Both the position numbers and the translations under genes were made by a program. From a virus, in IMG/VR virus record IMGVR_UViG_3300046467_002136, positions 32,001 to 96,000 of that record: a DNA stretch of 64,000 bases. The stretch is one strand, 5' to 3'. The first letter of the stretch is position 1. The number at the start of each line of letters is the position of its first letter. This document shows, one piece after another, positions 28,434 to 38,519 of this stretch. Under the pieces are notes generated by a model that ran no database searches, had not been told where the DNA came from, and was given only the letters and a program-made list of their open reading frames with translations.

Positions 28434-29064
28434 ACTCTGCGTTGAACGACAGGCGAATTGCTTCTTCTGAGAGAGCCGTCAGGTCGGCTACGGTCGCTGT
28501 ATCTAGCTGCGGCTTGGGCCTATCGTCAGAGAACTCAACCCAAAACTCGTTGAGCTTGGCCTTCTGATCGCCGTCTAGAGTTGCCGCTACAGACGTAAAG
28601 GCTTCCCATGCCGCTTTGATTGCCGGATCGAGCGCCTCTTCTTCGGCAACCTCTTGCTCTAGTTGGAGTGATTCGTCCGACCTTGCGAGGTACAAGCCAA
28701 CGCCAAGAGCCTGCGCAGCTTTCTTGAGAGCGTCAGAAACGGCACCTTTCATCTCATCGCCGAGATCGACGGGGTCACCGTTTTTCATTCGTTTGATCTT
28801 TTGGCCACCAAAGCCGTCTTTGTAAACAACATTGCTGTCGATCACAGCGGTGAGGCGAACATGTGCAATAGCCCAGTCGGAATCCACCGCATCACGGTGG
28901 CAATCCCTGACCTCATAAGACCAGTTCTCGATTCCCAGTACGGTATTGAGACGAGTGATGACTTCGCTGACAGGGATATAGGTGAGGGAGGTCCCTCCCT
29001 TTGTCAGACTGCGTTCGACTTCCCGTGGGAACGGTTCTGAAAGCTTTTGTAGTATGTCGCTCAT
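28393..29064 (-). CDS. Rad52/Sak-family single-strand annealing protein
   Basis: LTYIPVSEVITRLNTVLGIENWSY and KGAVSDALKKAAQALGVGLYL. Confidence 0.88.
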   Translation of the reverse strand: MSDILQKLSEPFPREVERSLTKGGTSLTYIPVSEVITRLNTVLGIENWSYEVRDCHRDAVDSDWAIAHVRLTAVIDSNVVYKDGFGGQKIKRMKNGDPVDLGDEMKGAVSDALKKAAQALGVGLYLARSDESLQLEQEVAEEEALDPAIKAAWEAFTSVAATLDGDQKAKLNEFWVEFSDDRPKPQLDTATVADLTALSEEAIRLSFNAEYVEKDENDSDSSG

Positions 29065-29549
29065 AGGGCTTCGCCCCTCCTAACAATGACGCTGGTTTTT
29101 GGCTCAGATGGTTCGCAATATAGATCGGCGTTAAGGCCAATCTCGTTCAACTTCCCCACCCTCCAATAAGAAGGAGCAAGGTAGTCAAGCATTTGAAGGG
29201 CCATCTCTTTTGCAGTGACGACCACTTCACCGGTATCCATATCAACTGAGGACTGCTGAATTCGGTCCATCACCACGTTGGCGAGGACTTTGTGGTTCCA
29301 GCCCTTTCGGGTAGAACCCATCTTGCGTTCCACCTGAGCGCCATCGCGCAGGTCGATAAGTGGATCGTCGACCATGAGGTTGCCTAGCAACATTGAGACT
29401 CGGTCGTAAACAATCCCAAGTTCGACCTTGGCCAGATTCAACTCTAAGACCAAATTGGCTACATCTTGGGTTTCGCCGTCTATCTCACCGACTCGATCAT
29501 CAAGCTGTGCGAGAAGCAAACGGAGGGTTCTAACATGCTCCAAATTCAT
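29061..29549 (-). CDS. Hypothetical protein
   Basis: 162 aa with an RBS (GGAG), coupled to the Rad52-like gene. Confidence 0.65.
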   Translation of the reverse strand: MNLEHVRTLRLLLAQLDDRVGEIDGETQDVANLVLELNLAKVELGIVYDRVSMLLGNLMVDDPLIDLRDGAQVERKMGSTRKGWNHKVLANVVMDRIQQSSVDMDTGEVVVTAKEMALQMLDYLAPSYWRVGKLNEIGLNADLYCEPSEPKTSVIVRRGEAL

Positions 29550-29584
29550 AACAACTCCGGTTAGTAGGGGGTATCGCTATTACT

Positions 29585-30892
29585 TCAGACAACGATAGCG
29601 ATTCGTTTGCGCTGAGGCAACCCCAATCCGGTTAAGTGTGTGAAGGCCCCTGTGGCCGAGTCGACTTGATCGTCGTGATCGCAGGCTTCAGGGAAAGTGG
29701 ATAATTCGTCAAGCCAGTCGGTCAGCCATGGTCCACGCACTGCTCTGACGTTGCCGTTAGCGAGTGCGGCAGCAAATGGGCGGGCACGGGTAACCTTGTC
29801 TCCGGTGGCGCGCATACCAATGAAATCGTAGCCGGGCACGATATAGCGAGCGTACTGATCTACAAGGGCTTTTCCAGAGGAGCCCGGCTCTTGTTCCATC
29901 CTGATTGGAACTCCATGCCCATCTTCGTAAGCGGTTTGGGCGATCATTTGTTCCACTTTTTCCCCTTTGACCCTTGCACGCTTCACGTCAATAACGTAGG
30001 CAATTCCTTGATCAAACATCATCAGGGTTCCTACGGTCCAGTCAGGATTAGGGTTGGATGAGGACGGTTCGGTAGCAGCCAAGTCCCAGAAACGCACAGC
30101 CTTTGCCATCGAAGTCAACTCTGGGATTTCGTTCTGATCCAACAGGACAACCGATTCCCTATCGAACAGAGAGCCTAAAGTGGTAGACCACCAATCGCCT
30201 TCTTCGAGTCGTCTACGTTCCACGGGGTCCAAAGCCTGCAACGATTGTCGGTATGACTCAGCATCAATGCCCGGGTTGTCTTGTAAATAAGATGGAACGA
30301 AAACTCGTCCCTCATTCTGACCCTCGATAATGAAACGCTGTCTAACCCAGTTAGGCGCGGGGTTAGAGGCACATCTCATCCGCAGAGGAACTTTTGACAG
30401 TGGACCTGACGCCGGACGGCGCAAGCGAGAGAACAAGTAGCGATAATCGGCTTCCCGGATTTCCGTGACCTCGTCCATCCCGATGAATTGAAATTCCGCA
30501 CCTTTATACCGTAAGTAGTCCTGGCTGTTGTTTAGGTAGCCAAAGGTGATGCGTGCGCCAGAGGGGAAAGTCGCCGTGTAAGTGTTGGCGTTCCAGCGGA
30601 TTTCGTCGTTTGGCCCTGTCCAAGCTTGGAAACGATCCATGATCGCTCCCGGCAGGGCAAGGTCGGCGTAAGTGCGACGGAATAGAATGGCCGAGTAATT
30701 GGGCACATCAACATATTGGAGTGCTGCCATTAAAAGGGCTGAACTTTTCCCACCACCCGCAGCACCACCGAAAAGAGCTTCCAACGAATAAGTGCGTAAG
30801 AAAACTTTTTGAGTAAGAGACGCTTCCTCTGGGCAGTAAGGTGATGCGCGCGGCTCTAGGTAATCGAGTATCTTATTCCAATCCGTAGTCAC
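29585..30892 (-). CDS. terL: Terminase large subunit
   Basis: Walker A FGGAAGGGKS, Walker B IGMDE, ASNP, and nuclease motifs RFWDLAAT, EQEPGSSGK, HDDQVD. Confidence 0.95.
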   Translation of the reverse strand: MTTDWNKILDYLEPRASPYCPEEASLTQKVFLRTYSLEALFGGAAGGGKSSALLMAALQYVDVPNYSAILFRRTYADLALPGAIMDRFQAWTGPNDEIRWNANTYTATFPSGARITFGYLNNSQDYLRYKGAEFQFIGMDEVTEIREADYRYLFSRLRRPASGPLSKVPLRMRCASNPAPNWVRQRFIIEGQNEGRVFVPSYLQDNPGIDAESYRQSLQALDPVERRRLEEGDWWSTTLGSLFDRESVVLLDQNEIPELTSMAKAVRFWDLAATEPSSSNPNPDWTVGTLMMFDQGIAYVIDVKRARVKGEKVEQMIAQTAYEDGHGVPIRMEQEPGSSGKALVDQYARYIVPGYDFIGMRATGDKVTRARPFAAALANGNVRAVRGPWLTDWLDELSTFPEACDHDDQVDSATGAFTHLTGLGLPQRKRIAIVV

Positions 30893-30911
30893 TCAATCAC
30901 CTCGCAGTCTT

Positions 30912-30950
30912 AGCCTATTCTAGAATAGGCGACAAAGCGCAGCCTATTCT
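30912..30950. promoter_or_regulatory. Divergent promoter/operator: perfect 18-bp palindrome GCCTATTCTAGAATAGGC plus a repeated half-site
   Basis: 30913-30930 is self-complementary and presents TAGAAT on both strands. AGCCTATTCT occurs at 30912 and again at 30941. It sits at the strand switch. Confidence 0.6.
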
Positions 30951-30970
30951 TGACTATTGTAAGAGGGCAC

Positions 30971-31147
30971 ATGAACATTTGGATGAAACTCAGAAACCTG
31001 CAGGAGCAAGGAGTAATAGCAAACGCTCTAATGGTATCATTTATCATACTTACAAGCGTCGGTGCAGCGATGGTATATCCGCCGTTGGGCCTTATAGTAG
31101 GGGGTCTAGCTTGTGGCATATTCGGATTTCTACTGGGTCTTGAGTAA
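30971..31147 (+). CDS. Small membrane protein upstream of portal
   Basis: 58 aa with two hydrophobic segments and a GAGGG RBS; ends 2 nt before the portal ATG. Confidence 0.6.
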   Translation: MNIWMKLRNLQEQGVIANALMVSFIILTSVGAAMVYPPLGLIVGGLACGIFGFLLGLE

Positions 31148-31149
31148 CA

Positions 31150-33144
31150 ATGGCGTGGAACTCTACTAACAATCAGTCTTTAGAAGATACAGCTCAGCGG
31201 AAGACCGCTATTGGACCCGGCGCGCCCATAGCCACAAATCCGACACTTGCTGGACAACCTTATTATGACGCATGGGACATTGAACGGGCGTACCGAGAAG
31301 GCATGCAGAAGGTCACATGGGTGGCCCGTTGCGTAGATGTGATCTCAGGCAACCAAGCACGCCTCCCAGTTGTTCTTCGTGAGGGTAATGCCCCAGATGG
31401 AAAACTAGTTACAAGTTCTTCCGTTATGAAGGAAAGCACAATACTAGATATCTTGAATACTAAATCTAATATTGGTGAAAATTCATTTATATTCAGATAC
31501 CGGCTTTCAGCCCAACTGCTGATGAGTAGCCGTGGTGCCTTTATAGAGAAAGTGCGTTCTAGAGACGGAAGAATTATCGGGCTAAATCTGCTTCCCCCTC
31601 AACACACCGCACCAGTACCTCATCCAAAAACATTTGTGTCTGGTTATGAAGTCGCCATGCCCGACGGAAAGAAAGTACGTCTTAAGCCAGAAGATGTTGT
31701 TTGGGTTCGGAGACCACACCCCATAGACCCTTACCTGTCGATGACCCCAATGGAGTCTGCGGGCGTTGCTATAGAAATCGAAAACCTCGCGAAGCTGTAT
31801 AACCGTAACTTTCTTCTTAATGATGGTCGGCCCGGTGGCCTTTTGGTTCTCCGTGGAGAAATCGACGAAGACGATAAGAACGAATTGAGATCACGATTCA
31901 GGGGCAACCTTGGTCGGGTTGGTTCAACCACAGTGGTAGCTGCTGACGATGGAGTTGACTTTGTCGATACGTCATCGAACCCGCGTGATGCCGCCTACAT
32001 TCAAATGCGGACAATCACAAAGGAAGAAATTTTTGCAGCATTCGGAGTTCCCGAAACTGTTATCGGCAACGCTTCAGGTAGAACGTTCAGCAACGCGGGA
32101 GAAGAAATTCGTGTTTTCTGGATGGAAACAATGCTTCCTCATCTCGAACCCATAGCTCGTGCTTTGGATGAACTTGATCCAATTCATTACATCGACTTCG
32201 ACACTTCAACGGTTCCCAACCTGATTATTTATAAACAAGAACGCGATCGTTACTTGATGGATGAACTCCAGAACGGGTTGATAAGCATCAACGAATATCG
32301 TGACATGACAGGCAAAGAGACAGTTAAATCTGACCTTGCAGATTCATTACTTATGAACCCGAATTTGACGCCTGTCGCAAATACTGAGAAGGAAATGGAG
32401 CAGCCCAACGCAATGATGGGCGGGCAACCGGGCATGATGCCACCTCAGCCCGGGATGCCAACGCCGGGAGCGGAAGGTCCGCAACCGGGTGAACAACCCC
32501 TTGACCCGAACACGATGCAAGGCTCTTTGGCTCAAGAACAAGAAAGTCCACCGGCTGCTGGGCCACCTGCTGCAACTCCCGACATGGGGCAGCTCTCAGG
32601 TGAACCATACGACGTTGAGACCAAAGCAGGTGAGCTGGGTGTGGACTATGAACGTTGGACGGGCATTCTCGACCGCAGCTTCGAACGTTTGTTCGAAAGA
32701 CAGCAACGAGTTATTTTAGAAAAGGCTGCTGGACGGAAAGCGCGCACACTTCTAACCGAGGGCACATTGGACATCAAGAATATTATGACTCTCGGCACAT
32801 GGGATCGGCAGATGGATGAAGACATCCGACCCGTTTTGAATTCAATTATTAAAGACTCTCAAGAAAAGCAGTCCAACGAATCCGATCAGTATGAACCCCC
32901 TTCTGGGGAAGATATTCAAGTTCAACTGAATGCTCAAATGGATCGCATTAAATCAATCAATTTAAATACAGAGCAGATTATTAATCAAAAAATCACCACC
33001 TGTATGGCATTACAGGACGAGGATCGCCGTCATGCGGCAGTTAAGGGTGAGTTGGTCAGCGTATTCGCCAGTCTTCTTGCAAAAACACCAGCGGCTTTGG
33101 CTGAAGATGAAGCTCGAAGGGCTTGGGTTTTTCCAATTAGTTAA
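31150..33144 (+). CDS. Portal protein (HK97 family) with C-terminal extension
   Basis: WVARCVDVISGNQARLP, NFLLNDGRPGGLL, EIFAAFGVP, INEYR, then a P/Q/M-rich linker and a helical tail. Confidence 0.93.
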   Translation: MAWNSTNNQSLEDTAQRKTAIGPGAPIATNPTLAGQPYYDAWDIERAYREGMQKVTWVARCVDVISGNQARLPVVLREGNAPDGKLVTSSSVMKESTILDILNTKSNIGENSFIFRYRLSAQLLMSSRGAFIEKVRSRDGRIIGLNLLPPQHTAPVPHPKTFVSGYEVAMPDGKKVRLKPEDVVWVRRPHPIDPYLSMTPMESAGVAIEIENLAKLYNRNFLLNDGRPGGLLVLRGEIDEDDKNELRSRFRGNLGRVGSTTVVAADDGVDFVDTSSNPRDAAYIQMRTITKEEIFAAFGVPETVIGNASGRTFSNAGEEIRVFWMETMLPHLEPIARALDELDPIHYIDFDTSTVPNLIIYKQERDRYLMDELQNGLISINEYRDMTGKETVKSDLADSLLMNPNLTPVANTEKEMEQPNAMMGGQPGMMPPQPGMPTPGAEGPQPGEQPLDPNTMQGSLAQEQESPPAAGPPAATPDMGQLSGEPYDVETKAGELGVDYERWTGILDRSFERLFERQQRVILEKAAGRKARTLLTEGTLDIKNIMTLGTWDRQMDEDIRPVLNSIIKDSQEKQSNESDQYEPPSGEDIQVQLNAQMDRIKSINLNTEQIINQKITTCMALQDEDRRHAAVKGELVSVFASLLAKTPAALAEDEARRAWVFPIS

Positions 33145-33168
33145 TTTCCGTAAAATAGTTTACGGAAA
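33145..33168. promoter_or_regulatory. Perfect 10-bp inverted repeat (TTTCCGTAAA-atag-TTTACGGAAA), hairpin or operator
   Basis: Begins immediately after the portal stop and lies upstream of the protease gene. Confidence 0.45.
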
Positions 33169-33242
33169 CTACGACGCTTACACTTGTTACTTACACCGTA
33201 GAAGCTTTCTGTCACTTATTATGTATTGACGGAGGTTTCAAC

Positions 33243-36200
33243 ATGCCAAATGAACTGCTTGATGACATTCAATTTAAAGCCCGAAACGGTGCTCAGATCA
33301 GCGTTGACAGTGCCCAGGGGATTGTCGAATGTTTTGTTTCTGGCATAGGCAACAAAGACAGCGTTGGCGACATCGTTCTCCCTGGCGCCTTCAATGAAAG
33401 TCTAAAAAGAAGAAAGCCCAGAGTGGTCTGGGGACATAGTTGGAACGACCCCATCGGGAAGGTTCTGGAAATCTATGAGGTCTCCAATGCGGACCCTCGA
33501 CTTCCGCCGAAAATGAAGACTGCCGGAATCGGCGGTCTCTTCGCAAAAGTCCAGTTCAATTTGGCCGCAGAAAAGGGACGGGAAGCATTCGCTAACGTCG
33601 CCTTCTTTGGAGAAGAACAGGAATGGTCAATCGGTTATAAGACCCTTCAAGCCACTTTTGACCCAGTTAAACAGGCCAATTTGCTCAAAGAGGTCGAACT
33701 TTATGAAGTAAGCCCTGTACTACATGGTGCCAACCAGCTAACAGGCACGATTTCTGTCAAGGACGGAGAATACGGTGCCTGCGGAACTGACGGTTGTGAA
33801 TGTGGCACAAAAAGTCACATTGCTTCAGAACCAGATATTCAGGTCGAAGCAGAGGAAGCTTTCATTTTCGAAAAGGGTCAGATGATGGGGCGAGTCCCCA
33901 TGCAGATGATTATCATTCCAATGCCCAAGAAACCAGATAGCGACCCCCACGACGCCGATAGCGACATTTGGGCTCGCGGTGAGGCTGGTCCTATTGACAT
34001 GGAAGCCCGCATGGGGCTAGCACGAGAAATTCACGGGCGAACGAAGGTACCGATCAAAATCATTGAGGCCACCGAGAACATGGTGGTGTTCCTCAGAAAG
34101 ATGGTGGATGGCACTACTCGTATGTACCGGATGCCGTACCACAAGACGGATTCTGGACAATACACGTTTGGGAAACCGGCACGGGTCAAGCCCCAAACGG
34201 TTTATACACCGGTTCAACCGAACATGCCGCCCGTCGGCCCAATGAGTCATAAACCGAATCATTATGTCAGTCCGATTCAAGGAAAAGAAACTATAGAAGA
34301 AGCTAAATCTGATTATCTGATTTCCTGTACGTTGGACAACATTTTTGAATTCAAAGATACGCTTCAACCAATTTTCGATTATTACGAAGTGACAGTGACC
34401 CCTAGCGTTAGTGGGTTGTTATGTAGTGATTATCCGTCTGGATTCGAGGACGCAGCAGATACGGCTATCAAAGCTCTAGGTGGAAGACTCGGGCGAGGTG
34501 GTGGCCTGGGAAAAGGCCGTAGGGCTGGGAGAGCCCTCGCCGCAACGTTCGACCCAAAAGCTTGGGATGGTGATGGTGACGGAATAGTTCAAGAAGGTAC
34601 GCCTTTTCAGCGTCCTTCTATTCCCGGCATTAACACAAATTGGCCCGGCGATCCCAAAACCAGAGTAAAACCCGACGATTATCCTGACGACAGTGCCCAA
34701 GTTAGAGATGCACGGAAGCCTCGTCGTGACCCGAATCGCATGCGTCCGGGCAAAGGACCTGCTCGTCGTCGTGGCGTAATCGATGCAAGGTGGGCGGCAG
34801 GTCTGCGCTCGATTAGTCCAAGTAAGGCTGTCAATGCTTCTCTAGATAAGACCTATCAGGAGTTGGTAGATGAGGGGCTTTTCAAGTACCCAACCAAGCC
34901 GCATGTGGCTGGTAAACCCATTGCGGTAGCACATGGTGCACCGGACCTCGCCAAGTTGGAAGAAATTGTAGAGAAGGGCTGGAGACGGGAAGGGGGGTAC
35001 GAGCAAAGACGTATTTATTTCTTTCCCGAAGGACATGAAAGCTATATGGATTGGGAAGGCGATTACGCATGGGCTCCAGAGGACCCTGTCGTTGATGCAG
35101 GAGTCACGGCACAGGTAACTCCCAAAAAGCCGATCACTATTTTCCACGAAGATACGCATGGCTCCGTCAACGCGCAGATTGCAAAGCAGTTGGGTATCTC
35201 TGAATCAGAACTCAAGTCCACCCTGATGGAACAATCCGAGCTGGTGCCGGGAACGTCAGAGGTCGCAGATACTGCGAGGGCAGCGAAGCCAGCGTGGCCC
35301 GACGACCATCGGTCGCCACTCAGCTTACACAGGGCGTTTGGTGTCGACCTATTTGCAGATTACACAGACAACAAAAACGACGGAGGTAATGGCCATACCT
35401 TGCGCGGCAATATGGGTTCAGAAATAATCGTTATGGATAAAGACATCATCGAAGTCGTCGGTGTGCGGCAAACCGGCTGGAACGAAGACCAGATGGTATT
35501 CCACGGTGGTCGACGCTTATACCGGAGTCGCAACTGGGAACAGGGTCGGGATCGTGAGGTTCTTGATGAAGACAAGTTCCAAGAATGGAGATCGCGCACG
35601 AATGAACTCGCTTCTTCCGGTATGCGTTCACGTTCAGGGGGGAGTTCTGGAGATTGGGAAGACTTAAAATCACAACTTCCATCGCAAGCTATTAGAAATA
35701 TGTCTGTTAAGGAACGTAAAGGCCGACTTGCGGATCTGGATAAGAAAATTGATGTTTTAGAACATGACATGGACGAGATGGGATCGCTCGACCCTGAATA
35801 TAACGAAATGAAACAACGTTTATCGCAGTTGGATTCAGAACGAACAAAGCATCTGATTTCTGCGGCAATTGATAATTGGGAAGGTGGACAAAAAAGTTTT
35901 GTTCGATTGCCCGTCGACTCTAAGGGTGTTGAACTTGAGTTAACACAAGATGAGATCGATTCACTTCGTTCCCATATAAAAGCACTGATTGGTAAAAGCA
36001 AAAACAACAAAGTAAATGGCATTTTAGCAAAATATGATCAAAGACTTGTTGGTAATAAAGATGGTGTAGTAAAAATCCCTAAAGAGCAATTTAGCGACCT
36101 TATTAAAGCGTGGGACCAGATTTCTCCGCCTGCCCAAAGTCGGATGCATCCCAAAACGGGTCGTGACATACTCGAATTTGCTGCACTTTCACCAACCCAA

Positions 36201-38474
36201 AAATTTAGGTCGTCGCAACTCGATCTGCCAGACAATAAATATAGAGGATTCGGGGATAAGAGAATCAACAATGGTGCTCATCCTGACATAACTCCAGCCA
36301 ATCAGGCAAAAATGATGGAAGCTATAGGTGCTCCAGAGGGTGAACGTCGGGGTCTTTATTTGCCCGGTCATGACTATTTGATGTTCGCAGACTTAAAAGA
36401 ACACGGCTCTGGTTCACCCCGACGGTGGGCAATCATGGAAGGCCAGTTCATACACGACACCCAACAGGGGCGTTCGCGAGCAGATCTGCCCCAACTCCCC
36501 GGTGAGCCGCTTGTCGAAACGTTAAGGGGTGCCCGTAGGGCCAATATGGGTGGACCCAATATGGGTAGAGGTGGCCGCACGAGAAGACAATCTCGCAGTG
36601 GTCCCCAGTCGCTTCGTGCCATGCCGGGGGACGTGGATGCCCTATTTGACGAACCTGGTGTCCCGGACGTAAGTCCTGATATCGATGTAACGCCAGAAAA
36701 TAAACCAGTAGATACCGCTGCACTTCGTCGTCTAACCGATCGCAGATATGGACCGCCGTTGACAGCAGCGCAAGCGAGGGAACGTCGAGTTGAAAGACTC
36801 GCAAGGCGTTCAGATTCGGTTAATCGACGACGGTCAAATGATCTTTTGTCCCGATGGGATGAAGCAGCCAGTGGCACCAGTCGCGACCCTATGCGTCGTG
36901 GCTTGAGGTCGGAGCAAAAAATCCCACAAAGGGCAACTGCCGACCAAGCTAAACCAGAGACTCGTGGTCGCCCAATGGGACATGTCGTAGAAGATTCTCA
37001 AAAACGCTTTAAGGGTAAGAAGTTTGAAGAAATCAAACCCAGCGATTGGGACGATTTGAGCACTGAAGATAAATTCGCTCTTCTCAGTGCGGAATTGACT
37101 CCGAAGAAGAGCGGGATAAGACAAATCGACTATGACCGTATCTACAATGAATTAGACAAGATTATAGAAAAAAGGGAGCTTCGTAGAGGCCGCTCAGAGG
37201 GTCGCTTTGAAACAATGGCGGAACGACGCGCCCGAAGAGGTGGAGTCGTATTGTCACCCAATGTTCGCAAGCGTGAATCCGAAGATAGAGAGCCCAAACG
37301 AACAACGGCACAAGCAGCCAAAACGGAACGCAAAAAGGTTCTTAATCACCTGGAGTCGTCGTTCGCCAATGCCGATAGTAGAGCAACCGGCGGCGGGGAC
37401 GCAGTTAGAAGTGAACACGCAGACATTTGGTCCGAAGCTTTAGACATAGTTTCAGAGTCGGATGATTTAACCCATTCCCAATTGCGTGCTCTTGATGGAT
37501 TGTTTGACAGTTATCTCAGTAGAGAGTCTGGCGACTTGTCACCGGTTGAAGGCGAACTGCGCGCTGCCGCACTAAGTCGTAAGAGCCACATTGAAGATCT
37601 TCTTTCTGACTATGAGAGTGATCGATTTATTTCTGAAGGAAATACCCCTGAAGTTCGAACCTTGGGTGGGGGTGGCGACGATCTCGACATTATGGAAGTC
37701 AACAACCTTGAACTGTTTTCTTCAGGCGGCATGCGATCTATCCGACAAAACAGGAGCAAGCTGCCGGGTACATCAACGCAAGAGTATGTAGATGCCAGAC
37801 GACGACAAGGTTTGCGTTCGCAAGCTCATACATCCAGAGAAGAAAAGATCGGAGATCTTCGCAACCTTTGGAGTAACGCGCGAGCAACTGGTGACAAAGA
37901 AGAAATGGATCGTCTGGAACGCCAATTGCGAGAGCTTGGAGCTAAACCCAGTAGGGGCAATCCTCGACCACAGTATTCAGCTCCATCACGCAGACTCAAC
38001 CAAAATAATGAAACCAGTACGGGCAACCGAGGCATGCGATCAGAGCGCGAAGGCCGTGCTCAGATTGCGGGCGAAGCCACATGGTTTAAAAAAATTGAAG
38101 ATTCTCTTCAAAAAGAAATCGATATGGCTTCACGAGATAAAGATAAACAAACAGCTGACGCCCTCCGAACCCTAAAACAAACATTGGCTCGCCAGGAGTC
38201 GGGTAAAACCGGCGACAAGCGCACCAACGCTGGCACATTGACTGTCACTCAGGCAGAGATTGACACAATGCTCGATGCTCTAATGCATGTTTTGGATCGT
38301 CAAACTGCTGAAAAGGGGTCCCGAACAGCGATGTTTGCCGAATTAATTGAAAAGCTTTCTTCCGCAGCTATTTCAACTTTTATATTGAGAGAAACAGAAG
38401 AAATTCAGAGTAGAACGCGAAGAGCGACCAACGAAGCAGGTCGTGGAGTCAACATCCCAAATACGGATTTATGA
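33243..38474 (+). CDS. HK97-type prohead protease fused to a ~1570-aa multi-module extension
   Basis: The first ~170 aa carry peptidase S78 motifs (DSVGDIVLPGAF, VWGH, PIGKV, WSIGY, LYEVSPVLHGAN). The extension holds a DGDGDG tag, 6 G[ML]RS sites and an ART-like module. Confidence 0.88.
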   Translation: MPNELLDDIQFKARNGAQISVDSAQGIVECFVSGIGNKDSVGDIVLPGAFNESLKRRKPRVVWGHSWNDPIGKVLEIYEVSNADPRLPPKMKTAGIGGLFAKVQFNLAAEKGREAFANVAFFGEEQEWSIGYKTLQATFDPVKQANLLKEVELYEVSPVLHGANQLTGTISVKDGEYGACGTDGCECGTKSHIASEPDIQVEAEEAFIFEKGQMMGRVPMQMIIIPMPKKPDSDPHDADSDIWARGEAGPIDMEARMGLAREIHGRTKVPIKIIEATENMVVFLRKMVDGTTRMYRMPYHKTDSGQYTFGKPARVKPQTVYTPVQPNMPPVGPMSHKPNHYVSPIQGKETIEEAKSDYLISCTLDNIFEFKDTLQPIFDYYEVTVTPSVSGLLCSDYPSGFEDAADTAIKALGGRLGRGGGLGKGRRAGRALAATFDPKAWDGDGDGIVQEGTPFQRPSIPGINTNWPGDPKTRVKPDDYPDDSAQVRDARKPRRDPNRMRPGKGPARRRGVIDARWAAGLRSISPSKAVNASLDKTYQELVDEGLFKYPTKPHVAGKPIAVAHGAPDLAKLEEIVEKGWRREGGYEQRRIYFFPEGHESYMDWEGDYAWAPEDPVVDAGVTAQVTPKKPITIFHEDTHGSVNAQIAKQLGISESELKSTLMEQSELVPGTSEVADTARAAKPAWPDDHRSPLSLHRAFGVDLFADYTDNKNDGGNGHTLRGNMGSEIIVMDKDIIEVVGVRQTGWNEDQMVFHGGRRLYRSRNWEQGRDREVLDEDKFQEWRSRTNELASSGMRSRSGGSSGDWEDLKSQLPSQAIRNMSVKERKGRLADLDKKIDVLEHDMDEMGSLDPEYNEMKQRLSQLDSERTKHLISAAIDNWEGGQKSFVRLPVDSKGVELELTQDEIDSLRSHIKALIGKSKNNKVNGILAKYDQRLVGNKDGVVKIPKEQFSDLIKAWDQISPPAQSRMHPKTGRDILEFAALSPTQKFRSSQLDLPDNKYRGFGDKRINNGAHPDITPANQAKMMEAIGAPEGERRGLYLPGHDYLMFADLKEHGSGSPRRWAIMEGQFIHDTQQGRSRADLPQLPGEPLVETLRGARRANMGGPNMGRGGRTRRQSRSGPQSLRAMPGDVDALFDEPGVPDVSPDIDVTPENKPVDTAALRRLTDRRYGPPLTAAQARERRVERLARRSDSVNRRRSNDLLSRWDEAASGTSRDPMRRGLRSEQKIPQRATADQAKPETRGRPMGHVVEDSQKRFKGKKFEEIKPSDWDDLSTEDKFALLSAELTPKKSGIRQIDYDRIYNELDKIIEKRELRRGRSEGRFETMAERRARRGGVVLSPNVRKRESEDREPKRTTAQAAKTERKKVLNHLESSFANADSRATGGGDAVRSEHADIWSEALDIVSESDDLTHSQLRALDGLFDSYLSRESGDLSPVEGELRAAALSRKSHIEDLLSDYESDRFISEGNTPEVRTLGGGGDDLDIMEVNNLELFSSGGMRSIRQNRSKLPGTSTQEYVDARRRQGLRSQAHTSREEKIGDLRNLWSNARATGDKEEMDRLERQLRELGAKPSRGNPRPQYSAPSRRLNQNNETSTGNRGMRSEREGRAQIAGEATWFKKIEDSLQKEIDMASRDKDKQTADALRTLKQTLARQESGKTGDKRTNAGTLTVTQAEIDTMLDALMHVLDRQTAEKGSRTAMFAELIEKLSSAAISTFILRETEEIQSRTRRATNEAGRGVNIPNTDL

Positions 38475-38519
38475 TGACGCTGTCTAGTAATACTAATAAG
38501 ATGCAACAGGTAGGATACA

